Below, piece after piece: positions 52,601-61,517 of a DNA stretch of 64,000 nt. Under the pieces are notes generated by a model. The model was not told where the DNA came from. It was given only the letters and a program-made list of their open reading frames with translations, and did no database searches. The stretch spans positions 50,034,001 through 50,098,000 of the forward strand of contig OZ024741.1 of the NCBI GenBank assembly GCA_964016885.1. The letters run 5' to 3'. The translations under genes were made by a program, and so were the position numbers. The DNA comes from Eledone cirrhosa (Eukaryota). The stretch's first letter is position 1; every line of letters begins with the position of its first letter.

Positions 52601-55600
52601 GTCAGTGACTCCCTGGAGTGTTGGGGTGAGGTGAGGGTTATCAACAAATTATTGGTTTATGCTGGCCAGAATAATAGTGGTTACCATAGCAACTTGTGGT
52701 TTTTAATTTAGTAATATGTATCAAAACGTGTTACTATAGTAACAGATGAGATTGTAAAGGGACATAACTACATACCATAAAGCACTCTGCTACTATAATG
52801 GCTTATAAAAGACTGGCACAAAACAGTGAAATTGACAATTAAACAGACGCCTGTTATAGATTTTATTGATCTCTGGGAGGATGAGAAGTAAAAACTAGAA
52901 CATAAAAGGGGAGGTAACTGAACATAGTCCAACACTATTTTCTGTAATTTTGTGATACTTTTGTGTTAGCAGCTATATGGAGGGTGCAGTTGCAGGTTCT
53001 CCACTATGGACATCAACACCAAAGGATACTTTCAAGAAGGTCAGTTTGAATATTTCATTCTTACTTGCATATATATATATATATTTGTGTAATTGGAGAC
53101 ACATGGCTTAGTGGTTAGAGCATTGGCCTTGCAATCGAAAGGTTGTGAGTTCAATTCTCAGACCGGGTGATGTGTTGTTTCTTTGAGCAAGACACTTTAT
53201 TTCACATTGCTCCAGTTTACTCAGCTGTAGAAATGAGATGATAGGGACTGGGGTCCATATCATTCCACTGCAAAGTGGTCATGGAGGTGCCACGTCAAAA
53301 AAGCACCCAGCACTCACTGTAAATGAGGTTGGTGTTAGGAAGGGCATCCAGCTGTAGAAATCAAGCCAGAATCAGTTCCCGTCCCACCACCCTTGCAAGC
53401 AGGGAAAAGCGGACGTAAAATGATGATGATGATTCCCATACAGTACAATTAAACTTAAGTGACTTTGAAGTGACTTCTTAACCAGACAGCTATGCCTGTG
53501 TGTACACACACACAAGGTCTGTTGATAAAGTATTTAGACCGAGGGAAAAGTATGTACTTGATGTTGGATTGCTAATCCCCTTTGAAGTAGGCCCCTTGTG
53601 CCTCCCCACACTCAGTCAACATATCCTCCCACTGTTCAAATCATGTCTGGAATGTTTCTTCTGAAATGGCTATCAGATCTGCTGTCACAGTCTGCCATGA
53701 TGCCATTGACAGTTTTGCAAGATCTGGTCTCTGGTGCCAAACTGTATCATGAAGAGATTGGAAGATTTCCTGATAGTACTCTTTTGTAATTGTCTTTCTG
53801 GTGTGTATACATGATACAAAACACTTCAGTAGTTGAAGAAAACAATCAACATCACCTTGAGTTTACTTTACACCTGACTTACTTTTTGGAGGGTCTTTGT
53901 GATGTTGAATACTTCCACTGTGATAATTGAGCTTTAGATGTACTTCCACATCTCATCTCCAGTTATCACAGTTTTACAGAACTCAGGATTCTTGTTGGCA
54001 GTATTGGGTGAAATGAGAACATGACAAGTAATAACAACATCTCGTATGCTTGTTGCCTGGCACATCCAACACACTTGCCAAAAACCACACATGTATTTCC
54101 ACATTGCATACTTTTGTCTTCCATTACTTCCCACTTCCCATGGGAAAAATAAAATGAGATACTTTTTCAACACCTCGTATGTGTATTATCATTATCAATA
54201 TTTTTACAACCACTTTCCCATGCTAACAGTCACATAGGATGTTTTGGGATAATGTTTTACAACAGATGCCCTATCTCTCAGAAACCCTTTTAGTCTCCTC
54301 ATGTGTCACATAGAGAGATATTGTGTATCTATTCTACAAACTAGAATACATGTGGCAATAATTAATAATTTTAGTAAATCTCTCAAAATTCCTCAGAAAT
54401 TAATTGAAATAGTTTATTTCATTAGAAACACTGTCATGAAAGGGTTAAACAAAAAAAAACGTTCCAAGACGCATGCACTCATTATATATATGCACAATAA
54501 ATACATTGTGCCTCTTTCATTCCTTTATATCTGTATGTTAGGTATTAACTTGATAAGACTGGGCCTTCTTATCAGCCTAAGATTTTTGTACTGCCAACAA
54601 GACAAGGCTAATGTCTAAAGCATATTTATAAAATACACTCGGTCTACTCTGTAAAATATAGTTGATTCCATGATAAAATACGCTCACTACAATCTGTGCT
54701 GCCAACAAGACTAGACACATGTCTAAAGCTGTGCTGCCAACAAGACTCATGTCTAAAGCTGTGCTGCCAACAAGACAAGACTCATGCCTAAAGCTGTGCT
54801 GCCAACAAGACTAGATTCATGTCTAAAGCTGTGCTGTCAACAAGACTCATGTCTAAATCTGTGCTGTCAACAAGGCTCATATCTAAAGCTGTGCTGCCAA
54901 CAAGACAAGACTCATGTCTAAAGCTGTGCCACCAACAAGACTCGTGTCTAAATCTGTGCTGTCAACAAGGCTCATATCTAAAGCTGTGCTGCCAACAAGA
55001 CTAGATTCATGTCTAAAGCTGTGCTGCCAACAAGACTCATGTTTAAATCTGTGCTATCAACAAGGCTCATCTAAAGCTGTGCTGCCAACAAGACTCGTGT
55101 CTAAATCTGTGCTGTCAACAAGGCTCATATCTAAAGCTGTGCTGCCAACAAGACAAGGCTCATGTCTAAAGCTATGCTGCCAACAAGACAGGACTCATCT
55201 CTAAAGCTGTGCTGCCAACAAGACAAGGCTCATGTCTAAAGCTGTGCTGCCAACAAGACAAGACTCGTGTCTAAAGCTGTGCTGCTAACAAGACAAGGTT
55301 CAAGTCTAAAGCTATGCTGCCAACAAGACAAGGCTCATGTCTAAAGCTGTGCTGCCAACAAGACAATGCTCATCTCTAAAGCTGTGCTGCCAACAAGACA
55401 AGGCTCATGTCTAAAGCTATGCTGCCAACAAGACAAGGCTCATCTCTAAAGCTGTGCTGCCAACAAGACAAGGCTCATGTCTAAAGCTGTGCTGCCAACA
55501 AGACAAGGCTCATCTCTAAAGCTGTGCTGCCAACAAGACAATGCTCATCTCTAAAGCTGTGCTGCCAACAAGACAAGGCTCGTGTCTAAAGCTGTGCTGC

Positions 55601-58600
55601 CAACAAGACAAGGCTCATGTCTAACGCTGTGCTGTCAACAAGACAAGGCTCATGTCTAAAGCTGTGCTGCCAACAAGACAAGGCTCATCTCTAAAGCTGT
55701 GCTGCCAACAAGACAATGCTCATCTCTAAAGCTGTGCTGCCAACAAGACAAGGCTCGTGTCTAAAGCTGTGCTGCCAACAAGACAAGGCTCATGTCTAAC
55801 GCTGTGCTGTCAACAAGACAAGGCTCATGTCTAAAGCTGTGCTGCCAACAAGACAAGGCTCATCTCTAAAGCTGTGCTGCCAACAAGACAAGGCTCATGT
55901 CTAAAGCTGTGCTGCCAACAAGACAAGGCTCATGTCTAAAGCTGTGCTGCCAACAAGACAAGGCTCGTGTCTAAAGCTGTGCTGCCAACAAGACAAGGCT
56001 CATCTCTAAAGCTGTGCTGCCAACAAGACAAGGCTCGTGTCTAAAGCTGTGCTGCCAACAAGACAAGGCTCATGTCTAAAGCTGTGCTGCCAACAAGACA
56101 AGGCTCGTGTCTAAAGCTGTGCTGCCAACAAGACAAGGCTCGTGTCTAAAGCTGTGCTGCCAACAAGACAAGGCTCATGTCTAAAGCTGTGCTGCCAACA
56201 AGACAAGGCTCGTGTCTAAAGCTGTGCTGCCAACAAGACAAGGCTCATGTCTAAAGCTGTGCTGCCAACAAGACAAGGCTCGTGTCTAAAGCTGTGCTGC
56301 CAACAAGACAAGGCTCATGTCTAAAGCTGTGCTGCCAACAAGACAAGGCTCATCTCTAAAGCTGTGCTGCCAACAAGACAAGGCTCATGTCTAAAGCTGT
56401 GCTGCCAACAAGACATGTCTAAAGCTGTGCTGCCAACAAGACAAGGCTCGTGTCTAAAGCTGTGCTGCCAACAAGACAAGGCTCAAGTCTAAAGCTGTGC
56501 TGCCAACAAGACAAGGCTCGTATCTAAAGCTGTGCTGCCAACAAGACAAGGCTCGTGTCTAAAGCTGTGCTGCCAACAAGACTCATGTCTAAAGCTGTGC
56601 TGCCAACAAGACAAGGCTCGTGTCTAAAGCTGTGCTGCCAACAAGACTCATGTCTAAAGCTGTGCTGCCAACAAGACAAGACTCATGTCTAAAGCTGTGC
56701 TGCCAACAAGACAAGACTCATGTCTAAAGCTGTGCTGTCAACAAGACATGTCTAAAGCTGTGCTGGCAACAAGACAAGACTCATGTCTAAAGCATATATA
56801 TATAAAATACACCCAGTCTTCTCTGTAAAATATAGTCAGTTCCATGATAAAATACATTTACTACAATCTGTAAAGTAGTTGACATTAGAAAGGGCATCAA
56901 GCCGTAGAATCCATGTCAAAATGAAACATGAGGGAGATGTGATCATCTGAACTGTGTAATATCAGATTGTGACAACACATTCCAGTGTGGAAAAAGACAT
57001 AAAACAGATGATGATGATGATGATTTCTATGTCCATTTGGGGGGAGGGAGGGGTAATTCTAGCATGGGTTGATCACACATTTTTCTTTGGTTATTAAGAT
57101 TTAGACATTTTTTTTACAGAATTTTTAATGACACCCTTATATTGTTTTTTGTATTTTGTAAACAATGGTTACACTGTCTTTAGTGTAGAATTGTCGGTAG
57201 ATGTTGTCTTTAAGGTAATTATCCTGTCCATGTTTATTCGATGACACACATTGATGGGTTATTCTCTCTTTCAGGCAGCAATGGTTTTGGAGAAAGCTGG
57301 CATCAATCCTGAGCGTATTTTGGCAAAGGAACCCGTTTTAGAGCGTGTCCGTTACTCAAACATCAGTCTGCCTCGTACACAACCATTGCGGTCTGAAGAC
57401 ACAGTTGTTAGTCAACGTCTATTTATAGTCTGTCAACCTACCGCTGTCCCTGAACTAATCCTGCGGGACTGCTTCTGTCGATTTGGAGACCTCATTGATG
57501 TCTATTTACTATCAGGTAAATGAAAACTATTTTTTTTTTCCAGTTATTTATAATCTGAGATATAGAGCAGTGGATTGGCCAGAGTCTATAAAGTTACTTT
57601 CTCATCTCGTTCTGGCTGTCTTACATCTATAGCCATATCTACATAGGTGCACACATGTCCACTTTGCAACCACTTGGTTATAGCTTTGATGCCAGTGAGC
57701 GGTACTTTGGGCAGGTGTCTCCTACTATAGTCTCAAGTTGACCAATGCCTTGTGAGTGAATTTGATAAATAAAAATTGTACAGAAGCCCATTGTATATAT
57801 CACTAACTCATTAAAGTCTGTTAGGCCGGTGCTTATTCCAGTTTCATGGTGTGATGCAACTGAAAATACAAGACTCCTGCTAGTCTATCGCAGGGTTAAA
57901 CCCCCAGCTATAGCTAGTACTCATCTTCAGCTGAGTGTACTGGAACAACTTGAAAAGAAGTGTTTTGCTCAAGAACACAACACGGAACCAAACCCACAAT
58001 ATTATATGATCGTAAGTCCCTCGCCCTTACCACTAGGCCACACGCTTCCACTGATTGTATATATAGGTGCATATGTGTATATATATCAGTTTCTACATGT
58101 GTCTTCATATTAATACCATTTAAAGCAAGCTGTGACTTTTCTTTTTGTTTGAAGTCCTGCAGCTTAGTAGTTCAACAAAAGCTAGTGGTATATACCATAC
58201 ACAAGTCATGTATCAGTTGGTATCAGGAAAGGCATTTAGCCTTAGAAAAACTGCCTAAAAATGATGATGATCATCATCATTAACTCATTTTCTCTAACTC
58301 CCCCACATCTTATGTACTCACCTATAACTGGTATCTTGCCTTAGCATACATCTACTCACCAATTAAAGATTATAGTCTGAAATACCTGTGTGTCTTGGTC
58401 TCTTCCTGTCCTCATTGTTGGGGGTTGTGGACCATGGATAATTGCATCCTTATCCAACCATTAATCGGAAGCTGACTACCAAGCTGCAGCTCATTCACCT
58501 TCATCACAAGGATGAAACCATTAGTTAGTTGAAAGGTTGTCACCAAGACGACTAAGAGGTTTCACCTACTTCGGTTTTGAAATCAGAGTGGTCCTACCCC

Positions 58601-59084
58601 TAGACAGTCTGCCTACCAAGGCTAATGAGTTCTACCCATATCTTTTTTTTTTTTTTTACACATACTATTGAATGGCCATTGACTCTCCACCCTTTGATGG
58701 GTTTTGTTTTTCATCCCGCATGGTGTCCAAAAATAATAACCCTCCGCACTAAGCAAGCTTGGTGAGCCTGGTGATTTTTGTCACTGACAAACCATGTGAC
58801 AAGTTGTACTGGGTTACATGTTACCTGTAGCACTTGTAAGTGACCTGACTGTCTTGCTGTACCTAAAGTTCAATAATTTGAGGAGGTTTTGTTTGTTTTT
58901 TTCACTAGGGCGTAACTATGGTTATGCAAAATTTGCTTGCAAAGAAGCTGCTGCCAGGGCCATGCACACTCTCCATGGACAGAGCATTGCAGGGCAACGC
59001 CTGAAAGTTCTAGAAGCTGAACCACCTAAAGGAGCTCCACCAACCAGTGAAGATGATGGTCCTTCAAAAAAACAGAGACTTTAA
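19147..59084 (+). CDS. RBM45: RNA-binding protein 45 (RBM45/Drb1) orthologue, 11 coding exons, 553 aa
   Basis: DDPPNSRLF N-terminus, RRM1 and RRM2, HOA-like region (LVPGLEYCDL...AAAYARDKLDGFEYP), RRM3 (RLFIVCQP...FCRFGDLIDVYLLSGRNYGYAKF) and C-terminal basic NLS KKQRL. All GT-AG junctions are phase-compatible and the total is 1662 nt. Confidence 0.93.
20261..21350. repeat. Complex inverted and direct duplication in RBM45 intron 1
   Basis: 20261-20511 is inverted at 20961-21210, 20640-20878 is inverted at 21107-21345, and 20261-20364 is repeated directly at 20775-20878. Confidence 0.92.
21788..22844 (-). mobile_element. Mariner (Tc1/mariner) transposon, degenerate
   Basis: TIRs CGAGGGTCGGCTGAA / TTCAGTCCACCCTTG with TA TSD. 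Transposase motifs HQDNAP and HPLYSPDLTPSNYHLF. A matching TIR end also occurs at ~19516-19538. Confidence 0.92.
23130..23650 (+). mobile_element. RTE-like LINE 3' fragment (second family)
   Basis: QVERFKYLG, TLTYGHE and RSQLRYYG..GRPQARWLD. Related fragments at ~25900-26080(-), ~27980-28100(+) and ~47050-47360(-). Confidence 0.75.
24395..25510 (+). mobile_element. Degenerate RTE 3' fragment plus 3' UTR
   Basis: Similar to 34410-35250 (KGFSL..LYD..LHGSE; GTTAGGAAGGGCATCCAA tail, GAT repeat). Confidence 0.6.
27328..27512 (+). mobile_element. SINE family A copy
   Basis: Near identical to 17409-17590. Confidence 0.85.
28798..28993. repeat. Three degenerate ~68-bp tandem units
   Basis: CTCC.GG..CTGTGG.C.CC.GG.TTGG.AACTTC...TGAGGAAGAGCAG repeated three times, with an internal poly-C run. 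Confidence 0.75.
29505..29540 (+). ncRNA. Minimal type I hammerhead ribozyme motif (Penelope-like retroelement type)
   Basis: TCTT-CTGATGA-A-GGAC(TAGC)GTCC-GAAA-CGTT-AAGA: intact core, 4-bp stem II, stem I TCTT/AAGA and palindromic AACGTT in place of stem III. Confidence 0.7.
29588..29973 (+). mobile_element. tRNA-derived SINE family B (CORE-like body, RTE-like tail)
   Basis: A box TGGCTTAGTGG, B box GAGTTCAATTC, CCTTGAGCAAGACACTT CORE-like block and (GAT)n tail. Confidence 0.88.
30330..31888 (-). mobile_element. Two degenerate RTE RT fragments
   Basis: HQGSVLSPL, WPCSIC, RLYDACVRCAMLHGSETW. Homologous to 32780-34897. Confidence 0.85.
31940..32653 (-). mobile_element. RTE-like LINE RT C-terminal fragment between (TA)n tracts
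   Basis: 237-aa ORF with FLYLG, VLLYGSETW, RRLRLTGH and GRGRPR. Confidence 0.85.
32682..35250 (+). mobile_element. RTE-clade LINE, 5'-truncated, with uninterrupted RT ORF and complete 3' UTR/(GAT)n tail
   Basis: Begins after (TA)n and has no endonuclease domain. The 3' UTR ends GTTAAACGTTGATGATGATGA. Confidence 0.93.
32780..34897 (+). CDS. RTE LINE reverse transcriptase (705 aa) with embedded PHD-like Zn finger
   Basis: NYRGIKL, FVDLEKAFD, HQGSVLSP, YADD, then CSVC..KC..WVHKRC..CGRC, FRYLG, LHGSETW, LRWYGHV and GRPRKTW. Confidence 0.9.
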   Translation: MAADEVCGWSRPVGRRRVTWWWNSKVEGSIKAKKQAWKVWRDGGSREDYQVARREARRKVYFARREAEERKFKHVLQREDQKREVFRIARQCVKENRDIVGEKYVLNDDGVLAITDTDKKVAWKCHYERLLNEENKWEKDSLPHIDPIEGPAVLVEGSIISKAIKDMKTSKAAGPSEIVAEMLKASGTVGHTMVTRIVNQVVQNGVVPKDWRSSIIVNCYKGKGDALDRSNYRGIKLIDQVMKVTEKVIAQLIRERIDLDEMQFGFVSGKSTTDALFILRQLQEKYLAKSKPLYLAFVDLEKAFDRVPRSIIWWALRKLGVDEWLVRAIQAMYKETVSKVRINNEYSEEFSVKVGVHQGSVLSPLLFIIALQAITEEFKAGCPWEVLYADDLTLIAESMAGLEKKFQTWKHGLESKGLKINLAKTKVLVCRKENKAAVPSGKWPCSVCRKGVGRNSILGQKCKVWVHKRCSGITGKLTKNIDFTCGRCSGAISSSKCPQNTSSFNCAEGSIEIVDSFRYLGDKISSGGGCSESTVARVRTGWKKFRELIPLLAAKGFSLKMKGKLYDACIQTAMLHGSETWALCAEDIRRLERNEACMLRWMCNSNIRERQSINELRKKLEIRGIRCCLLERRLRWYGHVMRMKVDSCITKCRAIKIDGSHGIGRPRKTWDELINSDLTHLHLSKTMSLDRDRWRYSVTEKTRLT
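35348..35445 (+). CDS. RBM45: RBM45 coding exon 2
   Basis: TTTCAG|(G)VVYIKFNKTSAAFLAMEEMNGKCIPGHPKLLK|GTCAGT; contains RNP1 of RRM1. Confidence 0.92.
35581..35706 (+). CDS. RBM45: RBM45 coding exon 3
   Basis: TTGTAG|VLVASSKRDGSVRDPREEEKIVRLFVIVPKTYSEEDVRTEFE|GTATGC. Confidence 0.92.
36350..37030 (-). mobile_element. Helitron PIF1-helicase C-terminal remnant
   Basis: GDIVFIHRILLIPTNVPFRFKQLHFP, GQILQVV and CFSHG.LYV match Helitron RepHel helicase C-terminal motifs. Heavily degraded. Confidence 0.7.
37881..38007 (+). CDS. RBM45: RBM45 coding exon 4 (RRM2 RNP1)
   Basis: TTTTCAG|KFGDIESVTILKDRKSGESKGFGYVKYHRPYHAALAYESCDP|GTATGT. Confidence 0.93.
38297..42554 (-). mobile_element. piggyBac-type MITE (38297-38473 plus 42542-42554) interrupted by a LINE
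   Basis: TTAA flanks at 38293-38296 and 42555-42558. The body is the reverse complement of the intact MITE at 60580-60783. Confidence 0.75.
38474..42541 (-). mobile_element. Near full-length CR1-type LINE (ORF1 + ORF2 APE/RT), disabled
   Basis: ORF1 41272-42537 has a coiled coil and VYVYGVSES..RIG..RPRHIKVKF. ORF2 has NACSL, ITETWL, YRSP, GDFN, NYRPVSLT, FLDFAKAFD, GVPQGS and FADD. (TTGAA) tail at 38474-38483. Frameshifts present. Confidence 0.92.
42690..43010 (+). mobile_element. Penelope-like GIY-YIG endonuclease remnant
   Basis: VY..IECKKCEEFYIDSTTGAVHTRIKEH resembles the PLE GIY-YIG pattern VYxIxCxxCxxxYIGxTxRxLxxRIKEH. Confidence 0.7.
43020..45480 (+). mobile_element. RTE LINE copy (same family as 32682-35250), degenerate
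   Basis: Colinear with the 32682 copy but with many small deletions and stops. Same 3' UTR and GAT tail. Confidence 0.92.
45709..45879 (+). CDS. RBM45: RBM45 coding exon 5 (end of RRM2, poly-Gly tract)
   Basis: TTTCAAAG|(V)FKPKFAEPKVPRHEREYEHN-G4SG7SG12SG2-DYYDYMDR|GTATGT. FAEPK is the expected end of RRM2. Confidence 0.88.
46376..46498 (+). CDS. RBM45: RBM45 coding exon 6 (G/Y-rich linker)
   Basis: Long poly-T tract + TACAG|(G)VKRGFNEMGGREDFGYRGHDMYSGSGGYGPAVPEAIPPYP|GTAAGC. 123 nt, symmetric phase 1. Confidence 0.8.
47360..48082 (+). mobile_element. CR1/L2-type LINE 3' fragment (same family as 12640-15290)
   Basis: ORF 47364-47927 nearly matches the C-terminus of 12849-13883. (ATT)n tail. 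Confidence 0.9.
48273..48482 (+). CDS. RBM45: RBM45 coding exon 7 (start of HOA domain)
   Basis: TTTCAG|(N)AGGGGGGVGG...QRLHLTVALGLSQSYLTRLLTLVPGLEYCDLNEST(G)|GTAAAT. Confidence 0.9.
48798..49130 (+). mobile_element. SINE family B copy
   Basis: Near identical to 29588-29973 but with fewer internal subrepeats. Confidence 0.88.
49688..49747. repeat. 60-bp near-perfect palindrome without a spacer
   Basis: TAGTATAAACAATGTTTCATACACTTAACA|TGTTAAGTGTATGAAACTTTGTTTATACTA, one mismatch. Confidence 0.9.
50075..51219 (+). mobile_element. RTE LINE 3' fragment (same family)
   Basis: Starts within the Zn finger (KCKVWVHKRC) and runs to the GAT tail. Confidence 0.9.
51524..51730 (+). repeat. 57-bp minisatellite (~3.6 copies) containing the exon 8 splice acceptor
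   Basis: Unit GTAATAATGTTATTTCTACTACAG|GTATAGCTTATACCAGAGGTTGTGATAGTAGCT. AG|GT junctions open at 51549, 51606, 51663 and 51720. Confidence 0.95.
51720..51870 (+). CDS. RBM45: RBM45 coding exon 8 (HOA domain C-half)
   Basis: (G)IAYARYCTPQAAAYARDKLDGFEYPIGSRIHVRYADQPSNVDMNIGYGD(G)|GTAAGT. The 5' boundary is ambiguous because the acceptor is duplicated. Confidence 0.88.
51875..52021 (+). repeat. 39-bp minisatellite (~3.7 copies) abutting the exon 8 donor
   Basis: Unit GTATTACAGCAGTTACTATAGCAACAGTGACATATCTAG. Confidence 0.93.
52082..52588 (+). repeat. 82-bp minisatellite (~6 copies)
   Basis: Unit GTAAGAAGTAAGGGTCAGCTCCTATGACCTTTGCAAGACCTCCAGGACTGCTGGAGAGAACCACATGTCTACTTTGGTTTCT starting at 52160, 52242, 52324, 52406 and 52488. 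Confidence 0.95.
52970..53039 (+). CDS. RBM45: RBM45 coding exon 9
   Basis: TAG|CAG tandem acceptor, (G)SYMEGAVAGSPLWTSTPKDTFKK|GTCAGT. It bridges phase 2 (exon 8) to phase 0 (exon 10). Confidence 0.78.
53095..53432 (+). mobile_element. SINE family B copy
   Basis: Near identical to 48798-49130. Confidence 0.88.
53514..54178 (-). mobile_element. Mariner remnant, internally deleted
   Basis: TIR-like AGGTCTGTTGATAAAGTA / TACTTTTTCAACACCTCG, and VITGDEMW matching the mariner first-D motif (ITGDETW). Confidence 0.65.
54696..56793 (+). repeat. 35-bp minisatellite array (~2.1 kb, with 30-bp variants)
   Basis: Unit CTAAAGCTGTGCTGCCAACAAGACAAGGCTCATGT. Confidence 0.97.
57275..57515 (+). CDS. RBM45: RBM45 coding exon 10 (RRM3 N-half)
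   Basis: CTTTCAG|AAMVLEKAGINPE...LPRTQPL...QRLFIVCQPTAVPELILRDCFCRFGDLIDVYLLS(G)|GTAAAT. Confidence 0.93.
58909..59084 (+). CDS. RBM45: RBM45 coding exon 11 (RRM3 C-half, NLS, stop)
   Basis: TTTTCACTAG|(G)RNYGYAKFACKEAAARAMHTLHGQSIAGQRLKVLEAEPP...PSKKQRL*. Confidence 0.93.
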
Positions 59085-59492
59085 GGATAATCAGCAAATG
59101 TATGCAAGTATTTAAGATTTTTAAAAATCTTTTTTCGCTTTTTCTCTTTCTCGAAGGTGTGTGTATTTGGGTGGGGGCAGTGATTTTAGTTTCTCTGGAT
59201 GTGGCTGTTTCTAGAATTTTCACTTGCAATTGATTAATGATGCTGTATGTCTCGTTATAGTCATTATCATCATCATTATCACCACTACTAACATCATTTT
59301 CACCACCATCATTACTAACATCATCATCATTATCACCACTACTAACTTCATCATTATCATCACCACTGCCATTATCATGTAAAGCCACATCATTTGTCTG
59401 ACCCATCACAATGTGTTCTTCAATATAACAAGCTAAAATTGCTGAATGTTAAACAACATTCATAATTTTTTTAATTTTGATTGGGTGATTAA

Positions 59493-60527
59493 CTCTTTAG
59501 TGTTCAAAACAGCCGAAATTATTTCCCCTTTATTTGTTCAACACCCACACTAAAATATCGTTCTAAAAATTAAGCAATACCGTCATCAAAATCTCGTCAA
59601 TTCTAGATTACTGCGAAATTAGGCCTTTACCACGAAAATTAACACCTAATATAGTGAAACAACTTGAAACGTGTTTTTTTAATGTTGAAAATACAACAGA
59701 TTTTTTTGTCTGTGAAAGTAGTGATACCAACTTTGAAGGTTTTACACACGATGAGATTCAAAATAAACAAGAAACAAAAGATATTAGTGATTTATTTTCA
59801 AATGAATCAGACGTATATATTTCTGAAATTTCATCCGACGATGATTGTTGTTTTGAAAGTGAAAACGAAGGAGATCTCCAGGACGCCATTGAAAATATTA
59901 CAGCAACGTGGTTGAAAAATACTATACCAATATATGTTCCCGATTTTATTCAAAATACTGGTCCACAACACACATTACCTCCCAATGTATTGGATTATTT
60001 CTTTTTGTTTTTGCCACAAACTTTCTTCGAAGTTGTGGCAGAAGAGACTAATCGATATGCTCAACAACAGATTTCAAATCGAGGAAAACCCGATCTGTAA
60101 TGGTGACCGACTGATGCTGCAGAAATGCAAGCATAAATGTTATGTTCGGTATAAAACAATTTCCAAGACTCTGGAATTACTGGAGCACTGGTATAAGGTT
60201 TAGTGACCCTTATATATCAAGTATTATGCTGAAAACAAGGTATATAAAATTAAACCAGTATTTGCACCTGGTTGATACTTCAAATGCCCCTGTTAATTAA
60301 TTTCACCTGCCCATAAAACACAAATTTAAGTAAAAAAAATCGGTTAAAAATATATAATTGTAAATTATTGATATTTAAACATCTACTGACAAAATTTCAA
60401 GTCTGCACATAGAAAATTAAGAAAATTACAAACAAATAAAATTGATAACCCTCTTGAGTATGATTAACTGAAAATAATGTGAATAGATAAACATGACATT
60501 TGACAAATTAATGTGAATGATAAAGGG
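59493..60527 (+). mobile_element. piggyBac transposon remnant with N-terminal transposase fragment
   Basis: TTAA|CTCTTTA ... TAAAGGG|TTAA termini. ORF 59654-60100 has an acidic N-terminus and LDYFFLFLP..FEVVAEETNRYAQQ (piggyBac motif). Truncated. Confidence 0.8.
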
Positions 60528-60579
60528 TTAATGTGTTAAGTGATTAGTGTGTTAATGAGGATTTCATTAAATGAGTTAA

Positions 60580-60783
60580 CCCTTTAGCATTTAAACAGGC
60601 CTTATCTGGCCAGAATTCTCTCACCTCTCTGTTCAAACCAGTCATAACTGGCTGCTTATACTGATGTTAAGGTATTGTTCTCAAAATAAATATCAAAATC
60701 TCATAGATTCGATATTATGTGAAGTAAAAGCCTTTACCGTGAAAATATAATAGTATATATAGAGTCATGGAAATGCTAAAGGG
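60580..60783. mobile_element. piggyBac-type MITE
   Basis: TIR CCCTTTAGCATTT / AAATGCTAAAGGG with TTAA and TTAT flanks. Confidence 0.85.
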
Positions 60784-61049
60784 TTATAGCGACTGGGCTA
60801 TTATCACGTAGTACAAACTTGTTTGCTATCAGTTTCTTGAAAAGTTATGGTTTTTAGGCTAACTTCTTATTAATATTATTCTAGTAATGCCTGAATATAG
60901 ATTTTTATATTAGTTTATATAATCTCAAGTTCTTCCAATTTATATAGACTAAGTTCTATATTGCTAATGTAGTAAAATCTAGAGATAGATCCATATAATT
61001 GGAAGAGTTTCCTTAGCACCTATTGTAGTAAAATAGACTGGTCCATATA

Positions 61050-61385
61050 TTGGCAGGCATCAATATTGTCCCCTTAACCAAACTGTACAGGAGTCCTGAT
61101 AGGCATAAATACTGTCCCCTTAATTAATCCTTTCGGTACCAAACTGTAAGAAAGCCCTGATAGGCATAAATACTGTCCCCTTAATCCTTTTGATACCAAA
61201 CTATGGAAGCCCTGAGAGACATAAATACTGTCTCCTTAATCCTTTTGATACCAAACTTTATGGAAGCCCTGAAAGGCACAAATACTGTAACCATAATACT
61301 TTTGATACTAAACTGTATGGAAGCCTTCATAGGCATAAATACTGTCACCATAACACTTTTGATACCAAACTGTATGGAAGCCCGT
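61050..61385 (+). repeat. Degenerate ~57-60-bp tandem repeat (~6 copies)
   Basis: AGGCATAAATACTGTC...CTTTTGATACCAAACTGTATGGAAGCCC repeated. Confidence 0.85.
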
Positions 61386-61517
61386 TGAAGGAACTGTAGT
61401 TGTTTTACAGTTGTAGACATCATTTATTGCCCAGAAACAATTACTATTATTATCATTACTAAAAATTGCTTACCTTGTGCCAAATGTAGAAACAATTTAT
61501 TGCCCAGTTTAATATGA

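Noticed and set aside
54819-55204. Repetitive Cys-rich ORFs
   Set aside because: Translations of the 30/35-bp minisatellite.
59026-59409. Asp/Asn-rich minus-strand ORF
   Set aside because: Translation of a (CAT/CAC)n low-complexity stretch in the probable 3' UTR.
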